Source: Lytechinus pictus
Lineage: Eukaryota
Length of the DNA: 64,000 bases
NCBI RefSeq assembly: GCF_037042905.1
Contig: NC_087263.1
Location: 13,208,001-13,272,000 of the forward strand
Direction of reading: 5' to 3'
Position numbers and translations under genes: made by a program. This document shows, piece by piece, positions 1 through 13,929 of the stretch. The notes under the pieces were generated by a model. It was not told where the DNA came from. It searched no databases and saw nothing but the letters and a program-made list of their open reading frames with translations. The stretch's first letter is position 1. Each line of letters begins with the position of its first letter.

Positions 1-149
1 ACACGTTGATTTCTCCACCACTGATCTGTGACTAGTAAGTATACCACCTTATTGATAATCGCACCATCAGAGTGCTTTTAAACCTCTCATTTCTCAAAAT
101 TTACAAATTTTGAGGTCAAATCAGAAAAATGCTATTGACTGTCATACAT

Positions 150-385
150 GTAATTACACCGAATAACTTGATGTAATGATTCCATGATAATTGTTGATAC
201 ACTCTATATGTATATAATGTATTATGTTTTTACTTTATCATATGTTACATACATTCAAATTGCCATGATGTTGAGTTATTTGTTAAACTGCAGGTCGCCT
301 TTGGAAAGCAGTTTTGCATAACTGAACAGGCCTACCCTCCAGTATAAAATAAAGAAATCAAATAAAGAAATAAATAATAAATAAA
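150..385 (+). mobile_element. Probable LINE (L2/CR1-type) 3' end
   Basis: GGTCGCCTTTGGAAAGCAGTTTT...ACTGAACAGGCCTACCC followed by an (AAAT)n tail; resembles the 3' tails of the SINE copies at 14789 and 25185. Confidence 0.45.
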
Positions 386-1171
386 TGGCAGACTCATATT
401 ATCTGAAAACAGAAAGATATATTTTCATATGGGGGTCAGACGTACAATAAGGCTGATCATTTTATGGAATTGCCCTATATTTCCCAATAATAAATAGATG
501 CAAAAACATCAAACTAACCAATATTGCTCAAATTTGGCATCAAGAATGCCAGTAACATTTAAGAACTGAATAGAACTGATAAAGTGTATATTTCCTCATG
601 ATGAATATATACAAAGACACCCAATCCAATCAACATTGTACGCGTTTATTATATATTAAAATAACATTCAACATCTTACCTGCCTCATCCATTGAAGCTC
701 TCATATAAGATAAAAATACACCACTTACACTAATAAAACAGGCTCACAAATTAACAAATTACTATAAATAAATCAATCAGTACTGTAGACAAATAAATGG
801 AAGATTTCATTAATTAAACTAACTTGACTTCCCAACTCAACCAACTGATCAAAAGAACCAACATCTAATTTCTTCTGAACATGAAATAACAAAGAAATAC
901 AAACACAACAAAACAAATCACTCATGGAACACTAAACACTGAAAAAAAATGTAGCGTACTCACTTTGAGGTGCCCCTCCTCCATAATGTAGAATTATGAA
1001 TACTACTCCATTATCGGGAAGCAGTTTATCAATCATATACCATTCAGAGAAAATTCATAATTTAAGAGAGAAATAACAAGAGAAAGATAAAGAGAGAAGG
1101 GGGAGATGTAGAGAGAAAGGAAGGTTATCAATAAATCAATCAATAATCAATAGTCTTGTTTCAAGTCTTAC

Positions 1172-1346
1172 CTGCCAGTAAATACACAGTCTTGAAGTTC
1201 TCGCTCAGCTTCGACAACAGCACACTCAGGAAAGTGTCGGCAGTAAGAGAGGTTATATCTTGTGTGCCTTGATCGTAGACTATGACCTCGTTGCCCAGAT
1301 CCAATTCAGACGTGCATGCTGTGGTGAGGAGTTCTTTAACTGTAAT
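1172..1346 (-). CDS. DUSP16: Internal coding exon of a DUSP16/DUSP8-like dual-specificity MAPK phosphatase (rhodanese/Cdc25-homology domain)
   Basis: Minus strand reads pyrimidine tract-ttccag|ATT...CTG GCA G|gtaag (phase 0 in, phase 1 out; 175 nt). Translation ITVKELLTTACTSELDLGNEVIVYDQGTQDITSLTADTFLSVLLSKLSENFKTVYLLA(G) matches my recollection of vertebrate DUSP16 (...VVVYDQSSQDVASLSSDCFLTVLLGKLEKSFNSVHLLAG). DUSP8 and DUSP16 cannot be separated; likely a co-ortholog. Confidence 0.9.
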
Positions 1347-1621
1347 CTGGAAAAAATAAAAATAAAAAAGAGAAAAAGAGTAAATAATTTATTCATTTCT
1401 TGAATAATTCTCATCAAAATAGTTAGGGGAAGTTCCAATTCACTTGCTAAACACCATCTTCCATTGGTCCACTTATTAGTGATAATAGGCCTTAACCTTT
1501 TTTTTGTAAGCTTTGGGCAAAGCCCACAAAATATTCTAAATGCAAGGGGGAAGGTTCATACCTCCCCCCCACCACCAAAAGAAAGTTGGAGATCTTATTT
1601 TTTGGAAGGCCTCATGCCAAG

Positions 1622-1644
1622 CATGGACCTACTGTAGGTCCATG
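1622..1644. mobile_element. 23-bp CATGG...CCATG hairpin with 7-bp target duplication
   Basis: TGCCAAG-CATGGACCTACTGTAGGTCCATG-TGCCAAG. Confidence 0.8.
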
Positions 1645-2045
1645 TGCCAAGCAAGTAAAACGTGAGTAAAACAGAAAAACCTCAAGGTCGCAGCAATCAT
1701 AGTGGTATGCAACCACAATTGAAAATAATCCAGATATGCAAAAAAATTGGCAAAAATCAATATTTTCAACACCAAATAAGGCAAAACAGCTGATTGTGAA
1801 TGAGTAGAACTGTTCCCCTGCGTAATAATGTCCATGAATATCCACTACTTTCTCTTCGTGCAAGAACCTTTGTTGAAAGGTGTCTTGAACGAGGCCGAGA
1901 TGGGCTATGACTAACGTGAGAAAACCCTGTCACAGTGTATCACACAGCTTGCTACGTTCTATATTTTTCTCGACACCATGATGTTTTTAGCATAGCTGTT
2001 TTTTTGTGTGGCTCCAATAGGGGGGTACATGTATGTGACATAGAG

Positions 2046-2061
2046 CATGAGTAGGTCCATA
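2046..2061. mobile_element. Asymmetric 16-bp remnant of the same CATGGACCTAC end family
   Basis: CATAGAG-CATG AGTAGGTCCATA-CATTGAG; flanks match 6/7. Confidence 0.6.
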
Positions 2062-2236
2062 CATTGAGATGGAGTCTGCTTGAGAATCCAGTTCACTGAT
2101 TTATACTTTTTGTTATCAGCACCCTAAATGTTTTTGGGAAACCCATCTAATTGTATATCATTGTTCCAACTCATAACCACATTAAAATATGACTATATGT
2201 GTCCTAGAACTGTTATGGTGTGGATAGTATAAAATA

Positions 2237-2570
2237 AAAACATGTTTGGTGGAAGTATTTCATGACTTCACAGGAACATTTTGATTGAGGGACCACTAAA
2301 AATAAAGTTATATCCATGTATTTGATTTTGTATCTATAAAAAATATCTCAGGTATGGAATGGGCTGAAAATTCCAGGAAACACTCTTCCCATAATTTTTT
2401 TTTGAATAAAACCATGTTTTGGTGGAAGTATTTCATGATTTCACAGGAACATTTTGATTGAGGGACCACTAAAACTAAAGTTATATCCATGTATTTGTTT
2501 ATAAATATCTTTTTTTTTTAATTCTCGGGTATGGAATGGGCAGAAAATTCCAGGTAATGATCTTTCCATA
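2237..2570. repeat. Tandem duplication, ~173-bp unit x2
   Basis: GGTGGAAGTATTTCATGA at 2248 and 2421 with colinear downstream sequence. Confidence 0.9.
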
Positions 2571-2829
2571 AATCCTTTTGCATCAAATCACCAATGTTCA
2601 AATCTTCCTGTTTTCAGGGGGAAAAGGCCACAGTAAAGAGAAAGGATGCAAATTAAAGGCCTAAAAAGTTGACAAATTCAAACTTTCACAAAAACAACAG
2701 CTGAAAAACAAATTCAACAGCCAATACACATATGTTGTAAGACTTGAATTTACTGTTAGATCATGGAGCTATTACAGATGGTTAGAATACAATCTGGTAC
2801 AATTCACATTTTTAGTGGAGAGTTTTAGG

Positions 2830-3430
2830 AGCAGTAAACGAGAACGACGTAGCAGTCGTCTGATCGTTTGAGTCAACATCGTCGTCTGCCCTTGTTCACT
2901 ACAATTGCGAGTACTTTAGATTTCACTCGACTTGTACGTGTACGTACGTCCACGTCAAACAGCGCGATAACCAGCGGGTCATGACACGTTGCCCGTCCCG
3001 GAAGATCTGGCGTACCATCGCCTGGCGACTCAGTCGGGTGATGCGAAAGTGCAACTTGTGCACACGTGCCCTTTCACTTGCTTTGATTCCTTTTTACTCG
3101 AGTTAGGATATATATCGATATAAATTTTGGAGGTCAGAAAGCAATTCCAAATATGATAAACATAATGCATCGTACAACTTACATTAATTTTGTGAAAAGT
3201 CACTGAAAACTGTGTTTTTTAAGGGAAAGGTTGATCTTCATGCCGTCTTCATGCTGGGCTTGAACAGTCAAAATGACGTCACTCACGTACACGTCCACTA
3301 TGATTTAAGAGAACCACAAAATGGATGTGGCGAGGTTCTCGATTCTGATAGTGGACGTGTGTGAGGACCTGAGGCTTATGGAACGCCAAAAAATGACGTC
3401 ATCTCGTACCAGTCCACTATGTGGACATAA
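2830..3430. mobile_element. CpG-rich probable DNA transposon remnant
   Basis: CpG-dense against an AT-rich background; AAAATGACGTCA...GTCCACTATG occurs twice (~3270, ~3391) and there is an inverted ATAGTGGACGTG (~3348). No complete TIR/TSD pair found. Confidence 0.4.
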
Positions 3431-4529
3431 ATTTCTAAAAGTGCTCACTGTTTAACATTTAAGCTCTAAACAGACCTTGATATCAATGAGTTGCGATATA
3501 GGAACCTCATACCCCGAGCAGACAATGTAGAAAATGAAAAAAAAATAAGAAACTTGAAACTAATAAACAAAGCAACTGGCATCCCATATTCATTTCATTT
3601 CTAAGTAAATCATTGTCTCTTGTTCAAAACATGATTACCAAGTAAATAATTCCTATGAAAAACTTTCAAAAATCTCCTTTTTTGGCACAACCTTTTTCTT
3701 TGATTCTTCAAACCACAATCAATTACAACAAGCGCTAAAGCAGACAACCTCTTCCTTTAGACTTGTTCCAGACACAGATATGAATTAAAGGATTATGAAG
3801 TCTGTATTAAAAGCCTCTTGATCAATCTATTATTTGTGTTCAATACATGTATATACCCAACTAATAATATTACAGAATACAGTTTGTTGTTATCTTGGGT
3901 TTAAGGCACATACCATTCAGATATGAATATTTATGCCTATTATTATTATTATGTGAACCCACATAAGGTGAGCTTCCACAAGTCGAAGCAATTTGTTAGG
4001 CCCATCTTATAAAGAGTTACCAACATGTACATTTTTTGCAACAGGAAATTTGCACAATGTCCTTTGTAAACAAAGAGAAGCATGCCAATTTTCAAGGAAA
4101 CAATGAATGCATGAATATACATGATATATCCAGAAAATATTTTGAACATGAATTTTAAATGGTGACGTTGCTGGCTTTCCATAGTTATGGTTCATCAGAT
4201 CTATCACACGGCACTGTAAGATGGGGCCCAGATTATGTAACACACGAGTTATCTCATCTTAGGCAAACTCTTCCAGGAGTCAAGACAATCAAATTTCTGT
4301 GAGCCTAACAGATTTCCATTTTACCTGTAATTACCTATTTTTTTCATTGCAAATTGAAAAAAAAAAGTACAGCCAAGCTGACGTGCTCCTTTAAATTGAG
4401 CAGGTACAGGCGAGGGTAACAGTCAAAACAAAACCAGGAGTCCATGGCATTGACCACAAAAGGAGAAAAGCAGACCTCCTAGAACAGGAAGTTCTATTTT
4501 GAAGGAAACCTCAAATTTAGATGTCTACC

Positions 4530-5125
4530 ACCCTCCTTTTCTTACTCTCTCTCTCTCCCTCCCCCTCCCTCTCTCTCCTCTCCTTCTCTTTAAAATCACA
4601 CTGTCTCTCTCCCACAATTCTTTCTATTATTCTCTCTTTTTATATATTCCCACTTATCTCCCTCTCATTCGTGGTTCCCACTCAAGCCCCCCCCCCCCAC
4701 TTTTCTGCCTTTATTACCATCTATCTTTCTTTCATTTTGTTTCTCCTTCTCCACTCCCTTTTATCACTCACACTCTTCCCTTCTTTCTCTTTCAGACCCT
4801 CTCCCACCCCCCCCCCTTCACTCGATATCCTTTTCTACTACTCTTCCCTTCTCTTTCTCTTATCTTCTCTGTCTCTTGTCTCCCACCTTTCTTCTCTAGA
4901 GCTAAACCTCTCACTGTTTCTCTCCTTTTGTCTCCCTCTTTCCCCCCCCCTTCCCTCTTGCCTTTATTCATAACCCTCCCCCCTCACCCTCTTCTTCTTA
5001 TTTCCCCTTCTTCTCTATTTCTACTCATCCCTTCTCACTCCTCCCCTTCCTCCCATCCCTAGCCCCATCTCTCCCTCTCTCTCTCTCTCCCTTTCTAAAA
5101 ATATCAACCGCCCCCCCCCCTTCCT
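4530..5125 (+). repeat. Polypyrimidine (CT-rich) low-complexity tract
   Basis: Almost purely C/T; explains the spurious L/P/S/F-rich ORFs 4499-5062 and 4521-4973. Confidence 0.95.
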
Positions 5126-5507
5126 CAAACAATTGAACCAACCTGCCTGTACTAACTTTCTTTGTTGATATTCTGTGGCTAGCCTGGCTTTGAAAGGCAG
5201 GTGCAACCAATTCCAAGTTGTGAACTCGGACTCAGAACAATGTCTTTCACATCATAAACATGAAACAAATACAGGCTCGAATTAAAGGGATTCTCCATTT
5301 AAAAATGAAATGGTACATGAGTAAATAAAGTAAAATCTAACATGCGTTGAAATCTAAGAGAAACTCCTGCTTGCCTAGAAAACTTATCTCTCCTGGCTCT
5401 AACCCCCCCCCCCCCTCATGCACTGCTCCCTTAACGGTCTCCTCCTAACTTCTCTCTTGAAGTAAGCACTTAGAAACACTTGTTAATGTGCTAAATGCAA
5501 CATATTA

Positions 5508-5703
5508 CACTGCACAAACACCAGTGCTAATTTAACACCAGAGAGGTATCTACATCGGAAAACACCAGAGGTGTTGAAACCATACCACTTTGGCTTCAGG
5601 CTAACACCAGATAGGCATTTAAACAACACTAATCTGTGTTAAACCAATATCACTTGATTATTAACTGGTGTTGTTTCAACACTTCCCTGGTGTTTTTGCA
5701 GTG
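5508..5703. mobile_element. MITE with CACTG termini, TA-flanked (EnSpm/CMC-like)
   Basis: TA-CACTGCACAAACACCAG...CTGGTGTTTTTGCAGTG-TA; internal AACACC repeats. Confidence 0.75.
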
Positions 5704-5984
5704 TATTATTTCATTATTATACACAATATACACATATTCCTATAAGTGCTTGGAATATAAGATAACGACTCTAAAATTGCAGACCATTATCCAAGTCCTG
5801 TTGGCCAAAGCGATGAAGGCTTTATTCTGTTCCAATGACTGACAACTCAACACCCATTGTTACCGGTATACAAGTTAAACATCCAAATAGCGTCAAGTTC
5901 ACGATAAATGAATCATGTGTCTTTAAAACTATGTACACATAAACAATATGGAGGTGATGACTCATGGTGGGGTTACCCTTCACC

Positions 5985-6309
5985 ACAACAAAACTCAGTA
6001 TTTACTAACAGAGCTTTTCAAGAGCCTTAACTTACATGGAAACTAATACTATCATGGAGGTAAAAATGCATTTATTGTCAGCATTTTCATAAATCGTCAT
6101 AAGGGGTTAATTTTCACCAAAAATTTAATGTTTCATATTTTACTACATGTATCTGCATTTACGATCAGGACTCCATTTCATAAATCTTGTAATATTAACA
6201 AATATACAACAAAACTCAGTATTTACTAACAGAGCTTTCCAAGAGCCTGAACTTACATGGAAACTAATAATATCATGGAGGTAAAAATGCATTTTTTGTC
6301 AGCATTTTG
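5985..6309. repeat. Spaced direct duplication of ~100 bp (offset ~221 bp)
   Basis: ACAACAAAACTCAGTATTTACTAACAGAGC...GTCAGCATTTT at 5985 and 6206. Confidence 0.9.
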
Positions 6310-8419
6310 TAGAGGAGCACTCATTGCAGGTGAGGAGCAAATTTCCCAGGAGCAAGGTTGAGTCACCGTGTAAACACACCCAACATCATCCATATGAACA
6401 GATCCATGACACCATGTAGAGGAAATTAGTCTCTTTGTCATCCCACCCAAACTTCCTCTTCTGATCAATGCCATTGGGTAGATCATCATACACCCAAGTA
6501 TGAGGTCATTGACCTCTAGAACAACAAAACAAACCCACAACAACACAACCAGCAAATAAACAAATATTTGTCAACAATGCCAGACCCTGTGCAGTGCAAA
6601 CCTTGGGTATAGACACAACCACAGTCAAAAGATGAAGTCATAAAAATAAGAATAAAGGGGAATAATGGGAGTGCTAAGAACCGTTTGTAGTTCAAGTGTA
6701 GACTGTTTTTATGCATGATGGTGATCCTACAACAATTGATGACTAGTATGTAGCAGGTGTCCTAGTTCTATGCTTGTACTTCAGGGTGCAGTTTTGTGTG
6801 ATTTGTTGTACACCACCAATTGTAGAGTGAACTTAAAAATGATGAGTATGAAGGATATACTAATCCTCAATCACTGCATTAGCTCTACTTTTTTTTGCAT
6901 CTTTGCACTTATTTCCCATCTTAAAAATGCTTGAAAAGGAAAATGAAACCCCTGAAAAAAACAAGTTGTATTCATTTAAAAAAATAAAAGGAATGGAAGA
7001 TTGAATGAATAATGAGCAAAAAAAACCCATAAGATGGTAATTTTAATGCTTAGTACATGTTTATTGAATAACCCCCCCCCCCCACTGGGTGCACGGAACT
7101 CTGCCCATCCTTGACTAATCTAAATGATTGCAACTACAATTTGCTTACAAACAACTCCAATCCCTGACTGATTTTGAATCCTAGACAAGATAAGTAACTG
7201 CATTAATCTCTTATCAAATCTTACAAGAAAAAGAAATAATGTATTATAACTACTTTGCCATCAAACATATAGGTACTTATCTACCAATAAAAAATGTGCC
7301 GATACAAAGGAGAGCATGAATCATTCCTTTTGACCAAACCTCCACTTTGCAGGGGGTATTAATGTTATCAGAGTGCTAAAGTTCAACAACATTGTTGTCA
7401 GAGAAACAAAAGATAGAACATATTGGTATGACTAAAAAATCACACAATTAACAGTCTCAGTATTAACACAATCAACATGTATTAAAATCCATGTTGTCAT
7501 GTTAACAAAAATGAAAAACTGGTCTTTGGTTGTCATCATAAACAAAGTAAGCTTAGAATCACTTTAAAAATGTTTGAAAGTGAAGGAAAGATGATTAAGA
7601 CTGAATTAATTGAAATGAAATTCCTTCTCTATGAAGGTTTCACCTAAAATTTGTCATATCTTCAACACCAGTCCTATATATGAACACACACAAAATACTG
7701 CAAAGGAACACACCTTTCTACAATATCTTTCAAACCAGCATAAATGAGGAAGCTCCAAACGTTACCCATCTTCATACGCTTTTCCCCGAATTCTTGTAAC
7801 TTATACCAGCACATTTTGATCACAAACCTTACTCATGCCTTCCTACCAGTAACCAGTTCTGATATTACTGCCAACTTTTAGTCTTGATAACCCACTTACT
7901 GGTCAGAGTCAGACAACGACCCTCAAACTCGATGACTCATAATCTTTGTGGGTTGTTCCCTTAAAGACAGAGTAGCAGAGACAAAGCCACTGCAGGGGTC
8001 CTTAATTATTCAAAAACTATCATAAAAGTCTGATGGGGAGATCTTGAATGGGGTAATGACATCATGCTGTTTAGGAAAAATATGAAAATATGCATCAATT
8101 ATTACATCTGTGGTGCAGTTAAAGTTAGCAAGTCTAGTAGGGTAACAAAGAGTTTGGAGTCTTTCTGAGGCTTTGTGGTGAGAACGTAGGCCTATATAGA
8201 GCTTATTTAGTACTGGTCTCTAAATAAAAGAGTTGTAGGAGATCAATATATATTTTTTTTGTTCTCAGCTGACCAGCCATTTAGACCTACATTTTACATT
8301 CTTTGAAATAAATGGCCAAAATAGCCATTGCATTGGTGTACATGACTCCCAAAAACTTGGAATACCATTTGGCACTCCATATTCCTGTCATTTGTACAGT
8401 CAAGTACAGAGTTAATTGT

Positions 8420-8632
8420 AAGGTCAACCATAGATTATTGTAAAATCAATCATAAACCAATCATAAAATCAATTGAAAATCACTTATGAAGTCAATCAAG
8501 AAGTGAATTGTACGGTCATTCGCAAAGTCAATCACAAATTCAATTGTAATATAAATCATAAGTAAATTACGAGATCAACCATATAGCCAATCAGGAAGCA
8601 ATCGCAAAATCGATTGTAAAGTCAACCATGAA
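8420..8632. repeat. Degenerate ~13-bp minisatellite (AAATCAATCATAA-like)
   Basis: Repeated TCAATC/TCAATT/TCAACC cores at regular short spacing. Confidence 0.6.
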
Positions 8633-9137
8633 ATCCTGTATATCTTTAGAACAGCTTTATGAAACAGCCTCCACATACATAAATTATAAGTAGTCCATGG
8701 CTACTTATACTTTATACTTGTCAATATCTGTTCTGTTGTATAAGAATTTTATTTGTATTAATGTATTTATGTGTATTTTAAAGAGGTGTGAAATAAATGA
8801 ATTTGAATACAATACCACAAGACACATGGCCTACATGTCCACATTCAACGATCAACAGGTTCAACACAAGGAACCATCTCCACAGACAGACAACAAAATG
8901 TATCATACCAGAACCTCAAATGTGTCAGACAGACAGACAGAAAGACGGATGGAACACAGAGGTACAGGTGTATGGCTAGTCTGAAGAAGATAATTATGTC
9001 ATGTGTCTTGTTATGAGTAATAGGCATTATTTGGGATACCAGATACCACCAGTACTACAGGGGTGCTAGTTGGTGCCTGGTAAGTGGTAGGAACAAGGTT
9101 GAGTCATACTCCAAACTTTCACACTCACTCATACCAA

Positions 9138-9735
9138 ACCAGCCACAAATCATATTTATGAATGACTCCATGCGTACAGGGACCCACCACAATCGGAGAA
9201 TGAGCAATTCTATTGTGTTGGTTTGCGCTGCATCATATCCCTTGGGTCAGGGGCTCACAAGACCCCCCCCCCCCCCCGAGGCACAAATGAGACTCCATTT
9301 GTGCTCTGGACCAACCCCCAAATTGAAAGAATGAGCCAGTGTTGGTTTGTGATGCAGCATCACTAGGGTTACAAGCATCCCTAGGGTCACAAGCCCCACC
9401 CCCACCCCAACATATCATTAACCAGCCCCCCCCCATCCCCCAACCAACTTATCCCTACCAGCCACAAATCATACTTATGAATGACAACACGTGGCATGCA
9501 TGACCCACAATGAAAGAATGAGCAATTCTACTCTGCATAATAATCCCTTGGGTTAGGGGCTCACAAGACCCCCCCCCCCCCCACCAACTCCTCCCCACCT
9601 GCCACAAATAATAATTATGATGACTCTTCTCACGGGACCTTTACCACAATGAAAGAATGAGCAATTCCATTGTGTTGGTTTGGGGCCGCTGGTCAAGCCC
9701 CTCCACCACCCCCCCCTCCCCCCCCCCCGCCCCTA
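9138..9735. repeat. Three degenerate direct repeats ending in C-runs
   Basis: GCCACAAAT...ATGA(A)TGAC...GAATGAGCAATTC at ~9142, ~9461 and ~9601. Confidence 0.8.
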
Positions 9736-10628
9736 CCCTTCATACATCCATTTACCACAGATACTCCAGAGAGTCACAACCATCGTTGATATTGAAACAA
9801 AGGGATGCTATAATCTTTTACTGAGCTTGAGGGTATGTTTAGCATAACACTGTATCCCCTACTGTACTCTGCCCAAACCGAAGGGCCAGTTTTAGGGTAC
9901 CACCCCTTTATCCTTCCTAATAACCGCACCCATCAGCCGCTTCTTCAATTTGAAAATGTGGACCCCCTCACCATTAATTTGCTGTGTATATTTAATAAGA
10001 GTAGCAATTGATACATCTGTACACCCGGGTTAGTTTGAGAGTATCTACCTTTATGCACCCTAACCAAAAATCCCTGAAATCCCACCTTGAGCCTTGAGCA
10101 CCTAACAAGGTGGATACATGTGCTATATAAATCCTATAATATTTATTCTATACGTTTTTACTTAAAAAGTAAAAAAGTATGCAAATGATTCATTTAGCTT
10201 GATGAGGCCTTCGTTCAAAGTTTTCACATTAGGTCACAAATAAAACAAAACACATTTTTCTCTCATATCATCCACATCATAGCGGTTTGAGGCCATACTG
10301 TACATGTCATCAAGCAATGAATTGCAATAGTGGAATCTACACACCAAAACCTTATTTCCTTCTAAATCATCATCTTAAAAACACATGAGTGTATGACAGA
10401 GTAAAAAATGATATCATGGCAAATATATCATTATCATTGGCCTGGGTTCACTCAATTCTAGGATTAAAAACAACTTAGTCATTAAAAGTGAATCTTTGAG
10501 GAAGATTGTTTCTATTTTAGAGACAGCTGTTCTGTGTTAAATTAGTCTTACAATCAAGCTTTATTGGGTACTCGAAGAAAATTCAATTTTCATTCCAAAA
10601 TCAAGGGTTAAGTCTACCCTAAAAAAAA

Positions 10629-10892
10629 AATGAAAATCCATATTTTATTGTTCGAAATAGACATGAAATTAAATACTCCGAAAATTTGCTTTGCCCAATT
10701 GATCTTGGGCCCGGCAGCCGCTGTGCAACGCCAGATCTACGAGGCTTTATCCCTTTAATCGTTGAATGCCAAACAGGGTAGCAGCAACTCCCATCTTTTA
10801 ACGTCTTTTGGTCTGACGCGGCCGGGGTTTGAACCCCCGACCTCCCGGTTGGTTGTGAGACGGACGCTCTACCAACTGAGCCAACACAGGGT
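10629..10892 (-). mobile_element. tRNA-derived SINE, MetaSINE-like central domain
   Basis: Minus strand: A box TGGCTCAGTTGGTAGAGC, B box GGTTCAAACCC, then GTCAGACCAAAAGACGTTAAAAGATGGGAGTTGCTGCTACCCTG. Second copy at 35790. Meta-domain assignment is from memory. Confidence 0.8.
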
Positions 10893-12129
10893 GATTTGAA
10901 TAAACAGAAAACAATGACATTCATTAAATTCAAAATTCAATAAAAAATTTGAAATAAACTTAGAAAACTATAATGAAGTTTGTGTTGATGTCATTAAAAA
11001 CAATCATTGCATGACTTGTGTATTTAATGGTGCTGATGATGAGTCTGGTTACAGGTCAAGTTTATCAAATCAAACAAGTGTATTGTAATAAATAAAGAAA
11101 AATTTTAAAAACATGAAAAAAATCAATTCTTAGCATTTGGGTTATTTGATTTTCTTCTTTTTTTACTCGAATCGAATGGCTATTGGGGTAGATTTAGCAC
11201 TGGAAAGGCAATAAAATGGTGTGGACAATTTATATTCCTTACTCCCTTCCAATCTCAGTATCAAAACACTAATATTCTGATGGGTCTATAATTTAGACCA
11301 ATGTTTAGACTAATGGGTCTATAATTTAGACTAATGTTGCTTGAAAAAATGATGTCACCATATGAATCACGCTTTTTACCAAAAAAAAGTTTAGGGATCT
11401 CCCATGATTTCAACGAGACAATCTTGATAACTTGATCCAAGTTGATTCAAAATGGTTATAATTATGTGTCATTTCGAAGGCAAAAACCTCTATTTTGGCC
11501 TTGATGGAAAGCAATGCGAGGAGGGGGACTATACGAAGCTTATCTATGTGTCACTTTCGGAGCGATAAGGACTCATCGGGGGCTTACACAATCTAATTTT
11601 GTAGCCATCCCTTTCTGTTTTTGAGAGGGAGGACTGGATCTATTGGCGGTCGTGAGTCATCGCATGTAGGTCTTTCCTGCGCTACAAGAAGTTCCTTGTA
11701 GTTTTGGCACTGAGGTGTGAAACATTATGACGGTTTAAACGAAAGACAGGTTTAATAATATCCTAGATGATCATCGCTATTCTTAAACAACATTCATGGT
11801 ATACAAGAGGCCAATATGGAAGCTGTGATGAGTGTGATCAGAGCCCAAATAAGACCTGACACCTGTGACACAAAGCTTAGCAATCATCGTAGAAGAACAT
11901 CTTTTACGATTGATTGCACTGACTACAATGTACAATTAATCGTAAAAATCAGGTGTACAATTTATCGCTATCCTTTGTGTTACGAACCCTGAATAGAACT
12001 TACAGTAAAGCTGTTAAATACCACCGTTCCTGATTCTTTCACATGTTGATGAAAATTATACGCAATTCTTGTACAGCGATAATAGCGCTTATCATAGAAC
12101 GTCCCTTTACAGTTTGAAATGACTTTGAT

Positions 12130-12325
12130 ATTATAACCTCGGCTTTAGGTCTGCAGCCTTTAACAGCATGCAAACATTTCAAGGAATAAATTCCTGCCGG
12201 GTACCCATTTATCTCACCTGGGACGAGAGCGGGACAATATGGATGAACATCTTGCTAAAAGAAATTATGCCATGGCTGGGATGTGAACCCTTGACCCTCT
12301 GTTTCACAGGGCCACATTGCTTCGG
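12130..12325 (-). mobile_element. Decayed tRNA-derived SINE (Deu/Nin-core-like family)
   Basis: GGTACCCATTTATCTCACCTGGG core shared with the copies at 14789, 25185, 29296, 31561, 48016 and 52313. Confidence 0.75.
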
Positions 12326-12680
12326 CCACTTTAAGGCAGTTTCTAATGGAGTTTCATAATTCTGGCTCTCGACCAGAACGAAGGTTTATCCTCAATGGCA
12401 GGGTTTGGATGAATCCAGGTGATCGAGCTTCACCCAGACAGGAAGGCACTAATGCTTGATCAACTTCGTGGAACCCTCAACTCTGATCAGTCACGGTTAC
12501 TCACGAATGTTCAGGAGGGACTGGAAATCATGAATGAGGCGCATGATTGGTGATAATGTCATGGAGGTTCCCATTCAAAATTAATTACCGATACAGAGAG
12601 TGAAAGAAAGAGAGTCGGTTCAGGAAGTGAAGGTTTAGGTACTGGACCGCATTGACTGCTAAATTCTGTAAGTCCTAAAG

Positions 12681-13929
12681 CAGGGATTCTCAAATGGTGG
12701 CGCGCACGCCACTTGTGGCGCACCGAGCCTTGCGGAGTGGCGCTTGGGAGCAGGTATAAAAAAAACACGTAAAAATAAGGAAAAATTGGTGAGAAAAAAT
12801 GTATCTATCAGTAACCTGGAAATAAGGATTTGGTGATCATTTTAATACAAAGAGAAAACAAAAACTCTTTACTTGACACTTAATTGCTAATTGATTTCCT
12901 CAAATTTTGTCCAATTTAGCACTCGATAACCCCCATTATGGAGGGTCGATGGTGTTCTTCTTTTTATTTATTCTATGCTGTACAAAGTTAATGTTCCACA
13001 CAAGTGATTTGAAAACCCCGTTTGTAGGATTTCTTTTTCAACGGCGAGAAATTTCCAGAGTATATGTTTTGGTTAAGAGTTAAACATCAAATAATATGAT
13101 ATTCAAAGTACATCCTGATCATAAAAGATTATGAATTTGGGACATAACAAGCAGAAACTTTGTTTCCGGAGCCGATTAAAATCCGAAGTTGTAAAAGTGA
13201 AATACATGTATGGTCAGATGTATTGCCTGCCGTGATTGCCTGCATGCACTCTTGCTTAACACGAGTTGTAGAGAGAGAGATCTATCAAGAGGGGCAGTTT
13301 GGGGCGTTAGTGCAGTTCAACGCCTAATTTTCATCCCTTGCAAAATCGGGGAACGTAACTTCAGCCACTGGCGTACAGATGGGGGTGGGGATTGGGGGCC
13401 CCCCAAGTGTTTCACGGCCAAGAAAAAAAAGGAGAAAAGGAAAGAAAAGGAAAGGGAAAGAGTGGAACATTGTATCATTTTCTTAATATTATGTCAAAAT
13501 ATAGATTTTTGTATTGAAAAGTTCAATATTTTTGCTTCAGCTGCCATATCTTGCCCCCTCATTTTTTTTTACTCATTACGCCACTTTCTTCAGCCAATAG
13601 GTCTGGTGCAAAACAGTTTGAACTAGTAGTATCATTGGTATGTTGTGAAAAAGTCACTGGTAATTTTTATTTTAATATTCATATTGTGTAGTTTGTTGGC
13701 ATTTGTATTTCTTCTGTTGATATTAATTAGAGCCCCTCTGGGCAATTTAAAAGGCCTCATATTCCAAAACTTCTGGGGGCTCTGCCCCCTCAACCCCCAC
13801 CAGGGGCCTCTGGACCCCCTCCGCTGATACATTGCTGGTTTGCGTAATGGATAGTGCGGGGGATAGTGGAGCATTACAGATTCTCAACAAGAAATGTGGC
13901 GCTTCAAAAAAAGTAATTGAGAATGGCTG
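12681..13929. mobile_element. Non-autonomous hAT (Charlie/Buster-type) element
   Basis: Termini CAGGGATTCTCAAAT / AATTGAGAATGGCTG; perfect 8-bp TSD TCCTAAAG with central TA (nnnTAnnn); subterminal GTGGCGC repeats at both ends. Confidence 0.9.
13366..13586. mobile_element. MITE nested inside the hAT element
   Basis: CACTGGCGTA...TACGCCACTT with flanks ACTTCAGC / TCTTCAGC (7/8 match). Confidence 0.75.

Noticed and set aside
675..700. AG|GTAAG on the minus strand as a recursive site or exon donor
   Set aside because: No pyrimidine tract upstream, and no DUSP-like reading frame precedes it.
4499..5062. 187-aa and 150-aa ORFs
   Set aside because: Translations of a CT-rich tract; stop codons are absent because of composition.
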